Counted from the first letter of the stretch, positions 11,068 through 23,086 are shown. The stretch: 64,000 nucleotides of DNA from Escherichia coli (GCF_003334785.1 NZ_QOWV01000001.1); one strand, 5' to 3'. Program-made: numbers and translations. The notes: generated by a model not told the origin, from the letters alone.

Positions 11068-11631
11068 ATGAACCTTGACGACAAATCGCTGTTTCTTGAC
11101 GCCATGGAAGATGTCCAGCCGCTGAAACGTGCTACCGATGTCCACTGGCATCCAACGCGTAACCAACGTGCGCCGCAGCGTATCGACACGCTGCAGCTTG
11201 ATAATTTCCTCACCACCGGATTTCTCGACATCATCCCACTAAGTCAGCCGCTGGAGTTTCGGCGGGAAGGGTTGCAACATGGGGTGCTGGATAAGCTGCG
11301 CAGTGGTAAATATCCGCAACAGGCGAGCCTGAATCTTTTGCGCCAGCCGGTGGAAGAGTGCCGCAAAATGGTGTTCAGTTTTATTCAACAAGCCCTGGCG
11401 GATGGTTTGCGTAACGTGCTGATTATTCATGGTAAAGGGCGGGATGATAAATCGCATGCCAATATTGTCCGCAGCTATGTGGCGCGCTGGCTGACCGAAT
11501 TTGATGATGTTCAGGCATATTGCACCGCGCTACCGCATCATGGCGGCAGCGGGGCGTGTTACGTCGCACTACGTAAAACGGCGCAGGCGAAGCAAGAAAA
11601 CTGGGAGCGCCACGCTAAGCGCAGTCGTTGA
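11068..11631 (+). CDS. smrA: Smr-domain DNA endonuclease SmrA (YdaL)
   Basis: 187-aa ORF; synteny. Confidence 0.85.
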   Translation: MNLDDKSLFLDAMEDVQPLKRATDVHWHPTRNQRAPQRIDTLQLDNFLTTGFLDIIPLSQPLEFRREGLQHGVLDKLRSGKYPQQASLNLLRQPVEECRKMVFSFIQQALADGLRNVLIIHGKGRDDKSHANIVRSYVARWLTEFDDVQAYCTALPHHGGSGACYVALRKTAQAKQENWERHAKRSR

Positions 11632-11651
11632 TCTCGAGACGCATCCGCGGC

Positions 11652-12884
11652 TTATGCCGCCAGCACGCGGTTGCGTCCATCATTTTTCGCCCGATACAAA
11701 GCATCATCAACGCGTTTAAACAGTTCATCGATGCTTTCATTTCCTTCGTGATGCGCCACACCAATGCTGACGGTAAAGCGTGGTAAGCCCGAAATACTCA
11801 CTTTTGCCACGCTTACGCGGATAGTTTCAGCCAGCGAAAGCGCGGTATCCAGTGGGGTTCTTGGTAGCAATAAGACAAACTCTTCGCCTCCCCAACGAAA
11901 CACCAAATCGCCTTTGCGAGCGCAACTTTCGAGGGTGCGGGCGAGGGCGCATAACACCTCATCACCTTTAGAATGCCCATAGAGATCGTTAATGTGTTTA
12001 AAACGATCGGTGTCGATGAGCAACAAGCTGTAATCCTGAGCGATGGCGAGATGCTGCATTTGGCCTGGTTCCGTAATGTGATAAAACTGTCGCCGATTCA
12101 GTAATCCGGTCATCGCGTCATGGTGAGCAGCATGTTCCAGCTGCTCCTCCAGCCGTTTTTGCTCAGTAATATCATGCACAATACATAACATGAGCTTGTC
12201 GCCATAAATTTCAATCGGTCCGGCATAGGTCTGCACATGACGAGTCGAACCATCCGCCAGTTTATGAACAAAATTCAAAGGTTTATGACCACCGGGTAAA
12301 TGCGAGATTTCATGCATGATAGGCATGACGCGACGCCCGAGCATATTTATTTCCCAGGTATGTTTCTGGCACATCGTTTCATGGTTATAACCATAGAAAT
12401 TGAGCGCGGCGAGGTTAGCATCGACGATTTGTCCATCTCGTGACGGGTCAATCAACAACATTGGTGCAGAGTTAGTCAGAAAAAAGCGCGCATAAAAACC
12501 TTGTTTTTTGCGCTGATAATTTGCCGAGCGACTGGCTTTTAAACCCAGCGTTGCCGGCGCTTCGATACCTTCGAAAATAATCACCGGTTCTGTTTCTGTC
12601 AGCTTTCGCAAAACAAGCCGACAGCTCAATGCTGTTTCCTCTTCTTTACGCTGAACAGTGAGGATTTCGATAATATCGTGTTGGTTTTGCAGATCGGAGA
12701 GGTATTTCGGCAGTTCTTTTTGTGAGGAGACGGAATAGGGTCCGGTTCGTAGCTGACTAAACGTGAGGTCTTGCATCAACAGTTTCGCCGCGCTATTGGC
12801 ATAAATTAACTGTTCCTCAAAGGGCGAAACGATCCAGACAGGACTGGTGAGTAAGTCCAGGGTATTGAAGTTGTGCGTAATCAT
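11652..12884 (-). CDS. dgcM: Diguanylate cyclase DgcM (PAS-PAS-GGDEF)
   Basis: ORF 11652..12944; start at MITHNFNTLDLL (410 aa); GGEEF active-site motif present (RWGGEEFVLLL). Confidence 0.9.
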   Translation of the reverse strand: MITHNFNTLDLLTSPVWIVSPFEEQLIYANSAAKLLMQDLTFSQLRTGPYSVSSQKELPKYLSDLQNQHDIIEILTVQRKEEETALSCRLVLRKLTETEPVIIFEGIEAPATLGLKASRSANYQRKKQGFYARFFLTNSAPMLLIDPSRDGQIVDANLAALNFYGYNHETMCQKHTWEINMLGRRVMPIMHEISHLPGGHKPLNFVHKLADGSTRHVQTYAGPIEIYGDKLMLCIVHDITEQKRLEEQLEHAAHHDAMTGLLNRRQFYHITEPGQMQHLAIAQDYSLLLIDTDRFKHINDLYGHSKGDEVLCALARTLESCARKGDLVFRWGGEEFVLLLPRTPLDTALSLAETIRVSVAKVSISGLPRFTVSIGVAHHEGNESIDELFKRVDDALYRAKNDGRNRVLAA

Positions 12885-13117
12885 TGAGATCCCGTTATTT
12901 TTATCAATTTTTGTTGCTATCCGATCGCAAAAAAGCCACGTCATATGATCAGATAATTCTGATAATGATAGACGCTATTTAACACTTCACACGGTTTGTA
13001 TACGGAAAAGCATTTTGCTTTTTGTATTCAATTTAGACAGAATTTTATTAATCATTTCAGGGTAATGGGGTGATGAGATGTTGCGTAACAGGGCCAGAAG
13101 GCTAGACTACAAAATAA

Positions 13118-14122
<1,005 letters not shown>

Positions 14123-14168
14123 CAAAAGCAATTTTTCCGGCTGTCTGTATACAAAAACGCCGCAAAGT

Positions 14169-14182
14169 TTGAGCGAAGTCAA
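14169..14182. promoter_or_regulatory. FNR box TTGAG-CGAA-GTCAA centred about 42 bp upstream of the fnrS 5' end
   Basis: Inverted repeat resembling TTGAT-N4-ATCAA at class II promoter spacing; CAATAT -10-like hexamer at 14204..14209. Confidence 0.65.
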
Positions 14183-14217
14183 TAAACTCTCTACCCATTC
14201 AGGGCAATATCTCTCTT

Positions 14218-14339
14218 GCAGGTGAATGCAACGTCAAGCGATGGGCGTTGCGCTCCATATTGTCTTACTTCCTTTTTTGAATTACTGCATAGCACAATTG
14301 ATTCGTACGACGCCGACTTTGATGAGTCGGCTTTTTTTT
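14218..14339 (+). ncRNA. fnrS: FNR-activated small RNA FnrS
   Basis: Sequence GCAGGUGAAUGCAACGUCAAGCGAUGGGCG...GACGCCGACUUUGAUGAGUCGGCUUUUUUUU matches my recollection of FnrS; terminator hairpin plus U8; between zntB and dbpA. Confidence 0.85.
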
Positions 14340-14396
14340 GCCTGTTATTTATCAGCGTCTACCCTTTAAGAGTCCACCCAATGACCAGAGGGAAAT

Positions 14397-14570
14397 ATGA
14401 CGACACTTATTTATTTGCAAATTCCTGTCCCTGAACCGATTCCTGGCGATCCTGTTCCAGTGCCCGATCCGATCCCTCGCCCGCAACCCATGCCTGACCC
14501 ACCACCCGATGAAGAACCGATTAAATTGTCGCATCGTGAGCGTAGATCTGCGAGGATACGCGCCTGCTAA
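14397..14570 (+). CDS. Candidate 57-aa proline-rich small ORF (MTTLIYLQIPVPEPIPGDPVPVPDPIPRPQPMPDPPPDEEPIKLSHRERRSARIRAC)
   Basis: ATG 14397 preceded by GAGGGA; not in the ORF track, which shows no ORF under 60 aa; ends 30 bp before the dbpA start; no homology evidence available to me. Confidence 0.25.
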   Translation: MTTLIYLQIPVPEPIPGDPVPVPDPIPRPQPMPDPPPDEEPIKLSHRERRSARIRAC

Positions 14571-14599
14571 CTTTGCGTCGATGACCACGAGAATAGATT

Positions 14600-15973
14600 G
14601 TGACCGCTTTTTCTACCCTGAATGTTTTGCCTCCCGCCCAACTCACGAACCTTAATGAGTTGGGTTATTTAACCATGACGCCGGTGCAGGCCGCCGCGCT
14701 TCCGGCGATCCTTGCCGGAAAAGATGTTCGCGTGCAGGCGAAAACCGGCAGCGGCAAAACGGCGGCTTTTGGCCTCGGCTTGTTACAGCAAATTGATGCG
14801 TCGCTATTTCAAACCCAGGCTTTAGTGCTGTGTCCTACGCGTGAACTGGCGGATCAGGTGGCAGGTGAATTGCGTCGGCTGGCGCGTTTTCTGCCAAATA
14901 CCAAAATTTTGACGTTGTGCGGTGGTCAACCGTTCGGTATGCAGCGTGATTCGTTGCAACATGCGCCGCATATTATCGTGGCAACGCCGGGGCGTTTGCT
15001 GGATCACCTGCAAAAAGGCACGGTATCACTGGATGCGTTGAATACGCTGGTGATGGATGAGGCCGACCGCATGCTGGATATGGGATTTAGCGATGCCATT
15101 GATGATGTCATCCGTTTTGCGCCTGCATCTCGACAGACGCTTCTGTTTTCGGCAACCTGGCCGGAAGCCATCGCTGCAATCAGCGGACGAGTGCAACGCG
15201 ATCCTTTGGCGATTGAAATTGACTCAACAGATGCTTTGCCACCCATTGAACAACAATTTTATGAGACATCCAGCAAAGGCAAAATTCCTCTGTTGCAACG
15301 GTTATTAAGCTTGCATCAGCCATCCTCTTGCGTGGTGTTTTGCAATACCAAAAAAGATTGCCAGGCTGTCTGCGACGCGCTGAATGAAGTAGGGCAAAGT
15401 GCATTGTCATTACACGGCGATTTGGAGCAACGCGATCGCGATCAGACCCTGGTACGTTTTGCTAACGGTAGCGCCCGTGTACTGGTCGCGACTGATGTTG
15501 CTGCGCGTGGTCTGGATATTAAATCGCTTGAGCTGGTGGTGAACTTTGAGCTGGCGTGGGACCCTGAAGTTCATGTACATCGCATCGGTCGTACAGCTCG
15601 TGCAGGAAATAGCGGTCTGGCGATCAGTTTCTGTGCTCCGGAAGAAGCACAGCGGGCCAATATCATTTCTGACATGTTGCAGATAAAACTTAACTGGCAA
15701 ACGCCGCCAGCTAATAGTTCCATTGCGACGCTGGAAGCAGAAATGGCAACGTTGTGTATCGATGGCGGGAAAAAAGCCAAAATGCGCCCGGGTGATGTAT
15801 TAGGTGCACTGACAGGAGATATCGGGCTTGATGGCGCAGATATTGGCAAAATCGCCGTGCATCCGGCGCATGTCTATGTCGCGGTCCGTCAGGCTGTTGC
15901 TCATAAAGCATGGAAACAGTTACAGGGCGGGAAGATTAAAGGAAAAACGTGCCGGGTGCGGTTATTAAAATAA
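14600..15973 (+). CDS. dbpA: ATP-dependent RNA helicase DbpA (DEAD-box, 23S rRNA-specific)
   Basis: 457-aa ORF with GTG start; motifs AKTGSGKT, DEAD (VMDEAD), SAT, HRIGRTAR present. Confidence 0.9.
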   Translation: MTAFSTLNVLPPAQLTNLNELGYLTMTPVQAAALPAILAGKDVRVQAKTGSGKTAAFGLGLLQQIDASLFQTQALVLCPTRELADQVAGELRRLARFLPNTKILTLCGGQPFGMQRDSLQHAPHIIVATPGRLLDHLQKGTVSLDALNTLVMDEADRMLDMGFSDAIDDVIRFAPASRQTLLFSATWPEAIAAISGRVQRDPLAIEIDSTDALPPIEQQFYETSSKGKIPLLQRLLSLHQPSSCVVFCNTKKDCQAVCDALNEVGQSALSLHGDLEQRDRDQTLVRFANGSARVLVATDVAARGLDIKSLELVVNFELAWDPEVHVHRIGRTARAGNSGLAISFCAPEEAQRANIISDMLQIKLNWQTPPANSSIATLEAEMATLCIDGGKKAKMRPGDVLGALTGDIGLDGADIGKIAVHPAHVYVAVRQAVAHKAWKQLQGGKIKGKTCRVRLLK

Positions 15974-16021
15974 TGAAATGTTGAATTGCCGGGTGCAAGA
16001 GTAAACATCTTATTCGGGATT

Positions 16022-16092
16022 GCCGGATGCGACGCTGGCCGCGTCTTATCCGGCCTCCATAAGAGTAGCCCGATACGCTTGCGCATCGGGCG
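16022..16092. repeat. REP (repetitive extragenic palindromic) elements, two units
   Basis: GCCGGATGCGACGC...GCGTCTTATCCGGC and GCCCGATACGC...GCGCATCGGGC imperfect palindromes typical of E. coli REP/BIME, between convergent dbpA and ttcA. Confidence 0.6.
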
Positions 16093-16101
16093 CTATCCTG
16101 G

Positions 16102-17037
16102 TTATTTCACTTCAACCACATTCAGCCGTAACTCATCCAACTGATTTTCATCTTCTTCTGGCTGCCAGCACGCCGGTTGTAGTGGGATCTCTTCGCGATC
16201 AAACGCCAGATCACCCCCGTTAACCACTTCAGAACCGTGGGTGATGCCTTTGAAATCGAACAGGTTGGTATCGCACAGATGCGACGGCACCACATTCTGC
16301 ATCGCGCTGAACATCGTCTCGATACGCCCTGGATAACGTTTATCCCAGTCACGCAACATGTCAGCAATCACCTGACGTTGCAGGTTAGGCTGTGAACCGC
16401 ACAGGTTGCACGGAATAATCGGGAACGCTTTTGCATCGGCAAATCGCTGAATATCTTTCTCGCGGCAGTAGGCCAGCGGACGAATAACGATATGTTTGCC
16501 ATCATCGCTCATCAGTTTCGGAGGCATACCTTTCATCTTACCGCCGTAGAACATATTTAAGAACAACGTTTGCAGGATATCGTCACGATGGTGACCCAAC
16601 GCGATCTTCGTCGCCCCCAGTTCCGTTGCGGTACGATAAAGGATACCGCGACGAAGGCGAGAACACAGTGAGCAAGTGGTTTTGCCCTCTGGAATCTTCT
16701 CTTTCACGATACCGTAAGTATTCTCTTCAACAATCTTGTACTCAACGCCCAGCTTTTCAAGATACTCGGGCAGAACGTGTTCCGGGAAGCCCGGTTGCTT
16801 TTGATCGAGGTTAACAGCCACCAGCGAAAAATTGATTGGCGCGCTTTGCTGCAAATTGCGCAGAATCTCCAGCATGGTATAGCTGTCTTTACCCCCGGAG
16901 AGGCAAACCATGATGCGATCGCCTTCTTCAATCATATTGAAGTCAGCAATGGCTTCGCCCACGTTACGACGCAGACGTTTTTGTAATTTGTTCAGGTTGT
17001 ATTGTTCTTTCTTACTAATTTCTTGATTTTGCGACAT
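16102..17037 (-). CDS. ttcA: tRNA 2-thiocytidine(32) synthetase TtcA
   Basis: 311-aa ORF with PP-loop SGGKDS motif and CxxC pairs; uninterrupted. Confidence 0.9.
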   Translation of the reverse strand: MSQNQEISKKEQYNLNKLQKRLRRNVGEAIADFNMIEEGDRIMVCLSGGKDSYTMLEILRNLQQSAPINFSLVAVNLDQKQPGFPEHVLPEYLEKLGVEYKIVEENTYGIVKEKIPEGKTTCSLCSRLRRGILYRTATELGATKIALGHHRDDILQTLFLNMFYGGKMKGMPPKLMSDDGKHIVIRPLAYCREKDIQRFADAKAFPIIPCNLCGSQPNLQRQVIADMLRDWDKRYPGRIETMFSAMQNVVPSHLCDTNLFDFKGITHGSEVVNGGDLAFDREEIPLQPACWQPEEDENQLDELRLNVVEVK

Positions 17038-17213
17038 TTAAAAGCGACTCAATTCGTTATATGGCATCAGAAGAGTATGCGTCATGCCGGAACGCCCAGC
17101 ATAAGAAATCTGATATAAAAAACTGTGGCGTGTATGGTACGGATTAGAGGGGAAAATGTCAGCACATTTGCGAAATGAATCAAAAAGCCCGCAGCAATGT
17201 GCGGGCGTTAGTG

Positions 17214-17729
<516 letters not shown>

Positions 17730-17753
17730 TTAGATCAAAGGAGGAAGAATAAG

Positions 17754-17781
17754 CAGAAAAAGCCCGCCATAACAGCGGGCA
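17754..17781 (-). terminator. Intrinsic terminator downstream of ompN
   Basis: On the minus strand GCCCGCTGTTATGGCGGGC hairpin followed by TTTTTCT. Confidence 0.65.
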
Positions 17782-17788
17782 GGAGGAT

Positions 17789-18922
17789 TTAGAACTGATA
17801 AACCAGACCTAAAGCGACAATATCATCGGTAGAGATGCCATTGGCAGCGTAGAAGCTGTCATCTTCATCCAACAGGTTGATTTTATAGTCAACGTAGGTG
17901 GACATGTTTTTATTGAAATAGTAAGTCGCGCCAATATCGGCGTATTTAACCAGATCTTTATCATCAACACCTGCCGGGTTGTCTGCACCACCCGCAGCGT
18001 GCAGGTCACGGCCTTTAGACATCAGGAAAGAGACTGCCGGACGCAGACCAAAATCAAACTGGTACTGTGCAGTGACTTCAAAATTCTGGGTTTTGTTTGC
18101 CACAGCATAATCGCTGTCGCCAAACGGGGTCATATTACGCGTTTCTGAATACATGGTTGCCAGGTAAATATTGTTAGCATCGTATTTTAGCCCAGCAGTC
18201 CACGCGTCTGCTTTATCACCACCCGCCGCAGTATGGTTAACCTGGTCATTGGTGCGGTCAGAAGAGGTGTATGCCGCACCAGCGCTAAAGCCCATGCCTA
18301 AATCATATGTTGTGGAAAGACCCCAGCCGTCACCGTTTTCATGGCGAACATCACGTCCGTTGTTGGTGCCTTCCTGACCATTACTGGCTCCTTCGTTGTT
18401 ACCTTGATACTGCACCGCGAAGTTCAGACCATTTACCAGACCGAAGAAATCAGTATTACGATAAGTCGCGACGCCATTGGCTCGACCAGTCATAAAGTTG
18501 TCTGCATTGGTATAAGAGTCACCGCCAAATTCAGGCAGCATATCGGTCCAGCCTTCGATGTCGTACATTACGCCATAATTACGTCCGTAATCGAAAGAAC
18601 CGTAATCTGCAAATTTCAGCCCGGCAAATGCCAGACGGGTCCATGACTGGTTTTTTGAAGATTCAGTGTTGTTTGCCTGAATATTGTATTCCCATTGCCC
18701 GTAGCCAGTGAGTTGATCGTTAATTTGGGTTTCGCCTTTAAAACCCAGACGCGCATAGCTCTGGTCGCCATCTTTCGCTGAATTATCAGAAAAATAATGC
18801 AGGCCATCAACTTTGCCATACAGATCTAATTTGTTGCCGTCTTTATTATAAACTTCGGCTGCATGTGCAGCACCTGCGGCGAGCAGGGCAGGAATTAAAA
18901 GTGCCAGTACTTTGCTTTTCAT
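17789..18922 (-). CDS. ompN: Outer-membrane general porin OmpN (OmpC/OmpF family)
   Basis: 377-aa ORF, signal peptide ending AHA-AEV, C-terminal ...GLVYQF typical of porins. Confidence 0.9.
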   Translation of the reverse strand: MKSKVLALLIPALLAAGAAHAAEVYNKDGNKLDLYGKVDGLHYFSDNSAKDGDQSYARLGFKGETQINDQLTGYGQWEYNIQANNTESSKNQSWTRLAFAGLKFADYGSFDYGRNYGVMYDIEGWTDMLPEFGGDSYTNADNFMTGRANGVATYRNTDFFGLVNGLNFAVQYQGNNEGASNGQEGTNNGRDVRHENGDGWGLSTTYDLGMGFSAGAAYTSSDRTNDQVNHTAAGGDKADAWTAGLKYDANNIYLATMYSETRNMTPFGDSDYAVANKTQNFEVTAQYQFDFGLRPAVSFLMSKGRDLHAAGGADNPAGVDDKDLVKYADIGATYYFNKNMSTYVDYKINLLDEDDSFYAANGISTDDIVALGLVYQF

Positions 18923-19149
18923 TGAATAAATCCTTTAGTTATTTTATTTGCCTTTTATCCCCATTTCGGGGAGTGAAAACATCCTAAAGGAGAAGTTCAG
19001 TTAGCCGATAAATATCATTTGTTACGCCTTAAGTAAAACCTTAATCAAATAATTCCTCTGAAATGATAATAAGTCTGGTGAATGTATCGAAGATAATACA
19101 TACAAAATAAAAATTATACTTTTAATTTGCTATACGTTATTCTGCGCGG

Positions 19150-19258
19150 GTTATATGCCTTTATTGTCACAGATTTTATTTTCTGTTGGGCCATTGCATT
19201 GCCACTGATTTTCCAACATATAAAAAGACAAGCCCGAACAGTCGTCCGGGCTTTTTTT
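19150..19258 (+). ncRNA. micC: Small regulatory RNA MicC
   Basis: GUUAUAUGCCUUUAUUGUCACAGAUUUUAUUUUCUGUUGGGCC...AAGCCCGAACAGUCGUCCGGGCUUUUUUU matches my recollection of MicC; divergent from ompN; its terminator hairpin (19229..19258) is flanked by A-run and T-run and so may also terminate ydbK on the other strand. Confidence 0.85.
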
Positions 19259-19288
19259 TTAGAATTGGATAATCCTTATCCAGAGCAT

Positions 19289-22200
19289 TTAATCGGTGTT
19301 GCTTTTTTCCGCTTTTCCGGCCATTTGTGCCAGGAAGTCATAGCGTTTTTGCAAATCAGCTGCAGCATCTTTCCATAACTGTTCTGCCACTTCTGGCTGC
19401 TGCGAATTCAGCCGACGGAAACGTTGCTCGTGAAGTAACGTTTCTTCCAGTGCTTCTGACGGCGGGCGTGAATCCAAGGCCAGCGGCAGTTTGCCTTCAT
19501 CGGCACGACGCGGATCAAAGCGATATAGCGGCCAGAAGCCGGTAGCTGTGAGTTGGCGCATCTGGTCGTGGCTGAGTGCCAGATCGTAACCATGCTCTTC
19601 ACACGGGCTATAAGCAATGATCAGCGATGGCCCCGGATACGCTTCCGCTTCCTGAATCGCTTTCACCGTCTGGTTCAGCTGCGCGCCGAGAGAAATCTGC
19701 GCCACATAAACATGACCGTACATCATCATACTGACGCCAAGATCTTTACGCGCTTTACGTTTGCCGTGCTCGCCAAATTTAGTTACTGCACCCAGCGGTG
19801 TCGCTTTCGACGCCTGACCACCGGTGTTGGAATAGCATTGCGTATCCAGCACCAGAATGTTGACGTTTTCCGTCAAACTCAATACATGATCCAGACCGCC
19901 AAAGCCGATATCGTAAGCCCAGCCATCACCACCAATCAGCCAGATTGATTTTTCCACCAGTGCATCTGCATCACGTAGCAGTTCATGTGCTTCGGCAACA
20001 TCGTTGAGTTGCTGGCGTAAAGCTGCAACCTGTTCACGACGAACCTCTGGCGTGGCGTCTGATTTCAACGCCGTCAGTAATTCCGCCGGGATTTTATCGG
20101 CAAATTGATCCAGCAGACGCAGCACGCGGACACGGTGTTGATCGACCGTCAGGCGGAAACCAAGGCCAAATTCGGCATTATCTTCAAATAGAGAGTTCGC
20201 CCATGCCGGCCCACGACCGTTGGCATCGGTGGTATACGGTGTAGAGGGCAGGTTACCGCCATAAATTGAAGAACAGCCAGTGGCGTTAGCGATCAACATC
20301 CGGTCGCCATAGAGCTGAGTCAGTAATTTAATATACGGCGTCTCGCCACAACCGGAGCAAGCACCTGAATATTCAAACAGCGGTGTAATCAGCTGCGATG
20401 TACGAATATCAATACGTTCCAGTTTGCTACGGTCGATTTCTGGCAGGTTGAGGAAGAAATCGTAATTGATTTTCTCTTCTTCGACATGTTCCAGGCGAGA
20501 CATCATATTGATGGCTTTAATCTCTGGATTCTGACGGTCTTTCGCCGGGCAAACTTCGACGCACAGGTTACAACCGGTGCAATCTTCCGGTGCCACCTGC
20601 AAGACATATTTCTGCCCGCGCATATCACGCGATTTCACATCCAGCGAATGCAGGCTGGCAGGGGCGTTTTCCATCGCTTCAGGCGGCACCACTTTTGCGC
20701 GAATAGCTGAGTGTGGGCAAGCGGCAACGCAGTGGTTACATTGGGTACAGAGTTCCTCTTTCAAGATGGGGATCTCTTCGGCGATATTGCGTTTTTCCCA
20801 GCGCGTAGTGCCCATCGGCCAGGTGCCGTCTGGCGGCAGCGCCGAAACGGGGAGGGCGTCACCAAGCCCGGCGAGCATCGCAGCGGTTACGGTTTTCACG
20901 AAATCAGGGGCGGCATCGGAAACCACTGGCGGTCGATTGGCGCTGTGCGGATTTACCGGTTGCAACGGAACTTCTTCTACGGATTCACGCGCCAGCGCCA
21001 GAGCCTGCCAGTTGCGTTCCACCAGATCCTGGCCTTTGCTACTGTAACTTTTGGCAATCGCACCCTGCAATTCTGCGAGGGCGCTATCGCCAGGCAGAAT
21101 TTGCGTCAGATGGAAAAAAGCCATCTGCATGACGGTATTAATACGGGCCGCCAGGCCACATTCGCGGGCGATTTTCGCCGCGTTAATCACATAGAAGCGC
21201 GCTTTTTTCTGGTTTAACACGGCCTGAACTTCTTGCGGCAAGCGCGACCACACTTCATCTGCGCTGTACGGCGTGTTGAGCAGGAAAATGCCGCCAGGTT
21301 TTAAACGCTCAGCCATCTGATATTTATCGATAAACTGCAACTGGTGGCAGCCAACAAAATCAGCCTGGGAAATGAGATAAGCGGAACGAATCGGCTGTTC
21401 GCTCACTCGAAGGTGAGAAACCGTCAGGCCGCCCGCCTTTTTGGAGTCGTAAACAAAATAGCCCTGTGCGTACCACGGCGTGGAATTACCGATAATCTTG
21501 ATATTGTTTTTGGTCGCGGAAACGCTGCCATCACTACCAAGGCCATAAAACAAGGCTTCCAGTTTCGCCGAGTTTGGCAGGGTGTTTTCCGGCAACGGCA
21601 GTGACAGATTGGTCACATCATCGTAAATACCAACCGTAAAGCGCGCTTTCGGTTTAGCCGCGTTGAGCTCGGCAAATACCGCCAGTACACAGTCTGGGCC
21701 AAATTCTTTGGATGAAAGACCATAGCGCCCACCAATGACACGGGGCAGAGTTTCGCGCTCGCCATTATTAAAGGCTTCTGCCAGTGCGGTCATTACATCC
21801 AGATAGAGCGGTTCTGCCTGGGCACCGGGTTCTTTGGTTCTGTCCAGTACCGCCACGCTGCGTACGGATCCCGGCAGAGCTTGCAGTAAATGTTTAGCGG
21901 AGAAGGGGCGGTACAGGCGAACTTTCAGCACGCCAACTTTTTCGCCACGGGTTAGCAATTCATCAACCACTTCTTCACAGGTGCCAATGGCAGAGCCCAT
22001 CAGGATAATCACCCGTTCCGCTTGCGGATGCCCGTAATATTCAAACGGCTGATACTGACGACCTGTCGCGGCAGAGAAATCATTCATCGCCTGTTCAACA
22101 TGGTCATAGACCGCGTTGTACCATGGGTTGGTGGCTTCGCGAGACTGGAAATAAGTGTCAGGATTGGCGGACGTACCGCGGATCACCGGATGTTCCGGGT

Positions 22201-22813
22201 TGAGTGCCCGGGCGCGATGAGCATCAATTTCGACCTGCGGCATGAGATCAAGAATCGTGTCATCGGCCAGCGGGACAATTTTATTGATTTCGTGGGACGT
22301 GCGGAAACCATCAAAGAAATGAATAAATGGCACGCGGCTTTTCAGCGTCGCGATTTGCGAAATGAGAGCAAAGTCTTGCGCTTCCTGGACGTTTGCTGCA
22401 CACAACATCGCGCAACCCGTCTGGCGCACCGCCATAACGTCGGAATGATCGCCAAAAATAGAGAGTGCATGTGTGGCAACGGTACGTGCCGCTACATGCA
22501 GGACAAACGGTGTTAGTTCGCCTGCCAGTTTGTACAGCGTCGGGATCATCAGCAGCAAACCCTGCGATGACGTAAACGATGTTGAAAGGGCACCCGTCTG
22601 CAAAGCGCCATGCACGGTAGCGATAGCACCCGCTTCCGACTGCATTTCAACCACGCGTGGTGTGTCTCCCCAAACGTTCTTTAAGCCGTTTCCGGCCCAG
22701 GCATCAGCCTGTTCTGCCATCGTGGAACTGGGGGTAATAGGGTAGATGGCGATAACTTCACTGGTGCGAAATGCGACCGAAGCAACCGCGCCATTACCGT
22801 CAATAGTAATCAT
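19289..22813 (-). CDS. ydbK: Pyruvate:flavodoxin/ferredoxin oxidoreductase (PFOR, YdbK)
   Basis: 1174-aa ORF; two 4Fe-4S ferredoxin CxxCxxCxxxCP motifs (CTQCNHCVAACP, CTGCNLCVEVCP) and TPP-binding region. Confidence 0.95.
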   Translation of the reverse strand: MITIDGNGAVASVAFRTSEVIAIYPITPSSTMAEQADAWAGNGLKNVWGDTPRVVEMQSEAGAIATVHGALQTGALSTSFTSSQGLLLMIPTLYKLAGELTPFVLHVAARTVATHALSIFGDHSDVMAVRQTGCAMLCAANVQEAQDFALISQIATLKSRVPFIHFFDGFRTSHEINKIVPLADDTILDLMPQVEIDAHRARALNPEHPVIRGTSANPDTYFQSREATNPWYNAVYDHVEQAMNDFSAATGRQYQPFEYYGHPQAERVIILMGSAIGTCEEVVDELLTRGEKVGVLKVRLYRPFSAKHLLQALPGSVRSVAVLDRTKEPGAQAEPLYLDVMTALAEAFNNGERETLPRVIGGRYGLSSKEFGPDCVLAVFAELNAAKPKARFTVGIYDDVTNLSLPLPENTLPNSAKLEALFYGLGSDGSVSATKNNIKIIGNSTPWYAQGYFVYDSKKAGGLTVSHLRVSEQPIRSAYLISQADFVGCHQLQFIDKYQMAERLKPGGIFLLNTPYSADEVWSRLPQEVQAVLNQKKARFYVINAAKIARECGLAARINTVMQMAFFHLTQILPGDSALAELQGAIAKSYSSKGQDLVERNWQALALARESVEEVPLQPVNPHSANRPPVVSDAAPDFVKTVTAAMLAGLGDALPVSALPPDGTWPMGTTRWEKRNIAEEIPILKEELCTQCNHCVAACPHSAIRAKVVPPEAMENAPASLHSLDVKSRDMRGQKYVLQVAPEDCTGCNLCVEVCPAKDRQNPEIKAINMMSRLEHVEEEKINYDFFLNLPEIDRSKLERIDIRTSQLITPLFEYSGACSGCGETPYIKLLTQLYGDRMLIANATGCSSIYGGNLPSTPYTTDANGRGPAWANSLFEDNAEFGLGFRLTVDQHRVRVLRLLDQFADKIPAELLTALKSDATPEVRREQVAALRQQLNDVAEAHELLRDADALVEKSIWLIGGDGWAYDIGFGGLDHVLSLTENVNILVLDTQCYSNTGGQASKATPLGAVTKFGEHGKRKARKDLGVSMMMYGHVYVAQISLGAQLNQTVKAIQEAEAYPGPSLIIAYSPCEEHGYDLALSHDQMRQLTATGFWPLYRFDPRRADEGKLPLALDSRPPSEALEETLLHEQRFRRLNSQQPEVAEQLWKDAAADLQKRYDFLAQMAGKAEKSNTD

Positions 22814-23086
22814 ATGACACCCTTACATTGCGCAAATGAGGGGCGCACGAAATTGCTGCGCGCCCAGTAGTAATCTTTCAATTTTAGCAAATGGCTTTCT
22901 TCTGCATTTTCGCTTTTGTGTCCCCCACATCAGCGTAATGAATGTTTTGATCAAACAGAGGGCAAAAAAATAGCCATAAAAAAGTAAAAATGCGGGGCAA
23001 CGCGCAGGACAGCTCTCGACGCCGCCCTCTGTGCTGCCTATTATTTATGGCGGTGTCGTTTGGCTTGAAGATCAGAGGAAGAAAAG

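Noticed and set aside
14216-14434. 72-aa + strand ORF starting at TTG 14216
   Set aside because: Overlaps the fnrS sRNA from its first nucleotide through the terminator; the ORF is an artefact of an open frame across the sRNA
19127-19378. 83-aa + strand ORF in the ompN-ydbK intergenic region
   Set aside because: It coincides with the micC sRNA and its terminator; no Shine-Dalgarno sequence; sRNA identity explains the conserved sequence better
19327-22745. Antisense and alternative-frame ORFs inside ydbK (e.g. 20577..21047, 20711..21217, 22022..22516)
   Set aside because: Embedded in a well-supported 1174-aa PFOR gene with conserved cofactor motifs; typical GC-rich shadow frames
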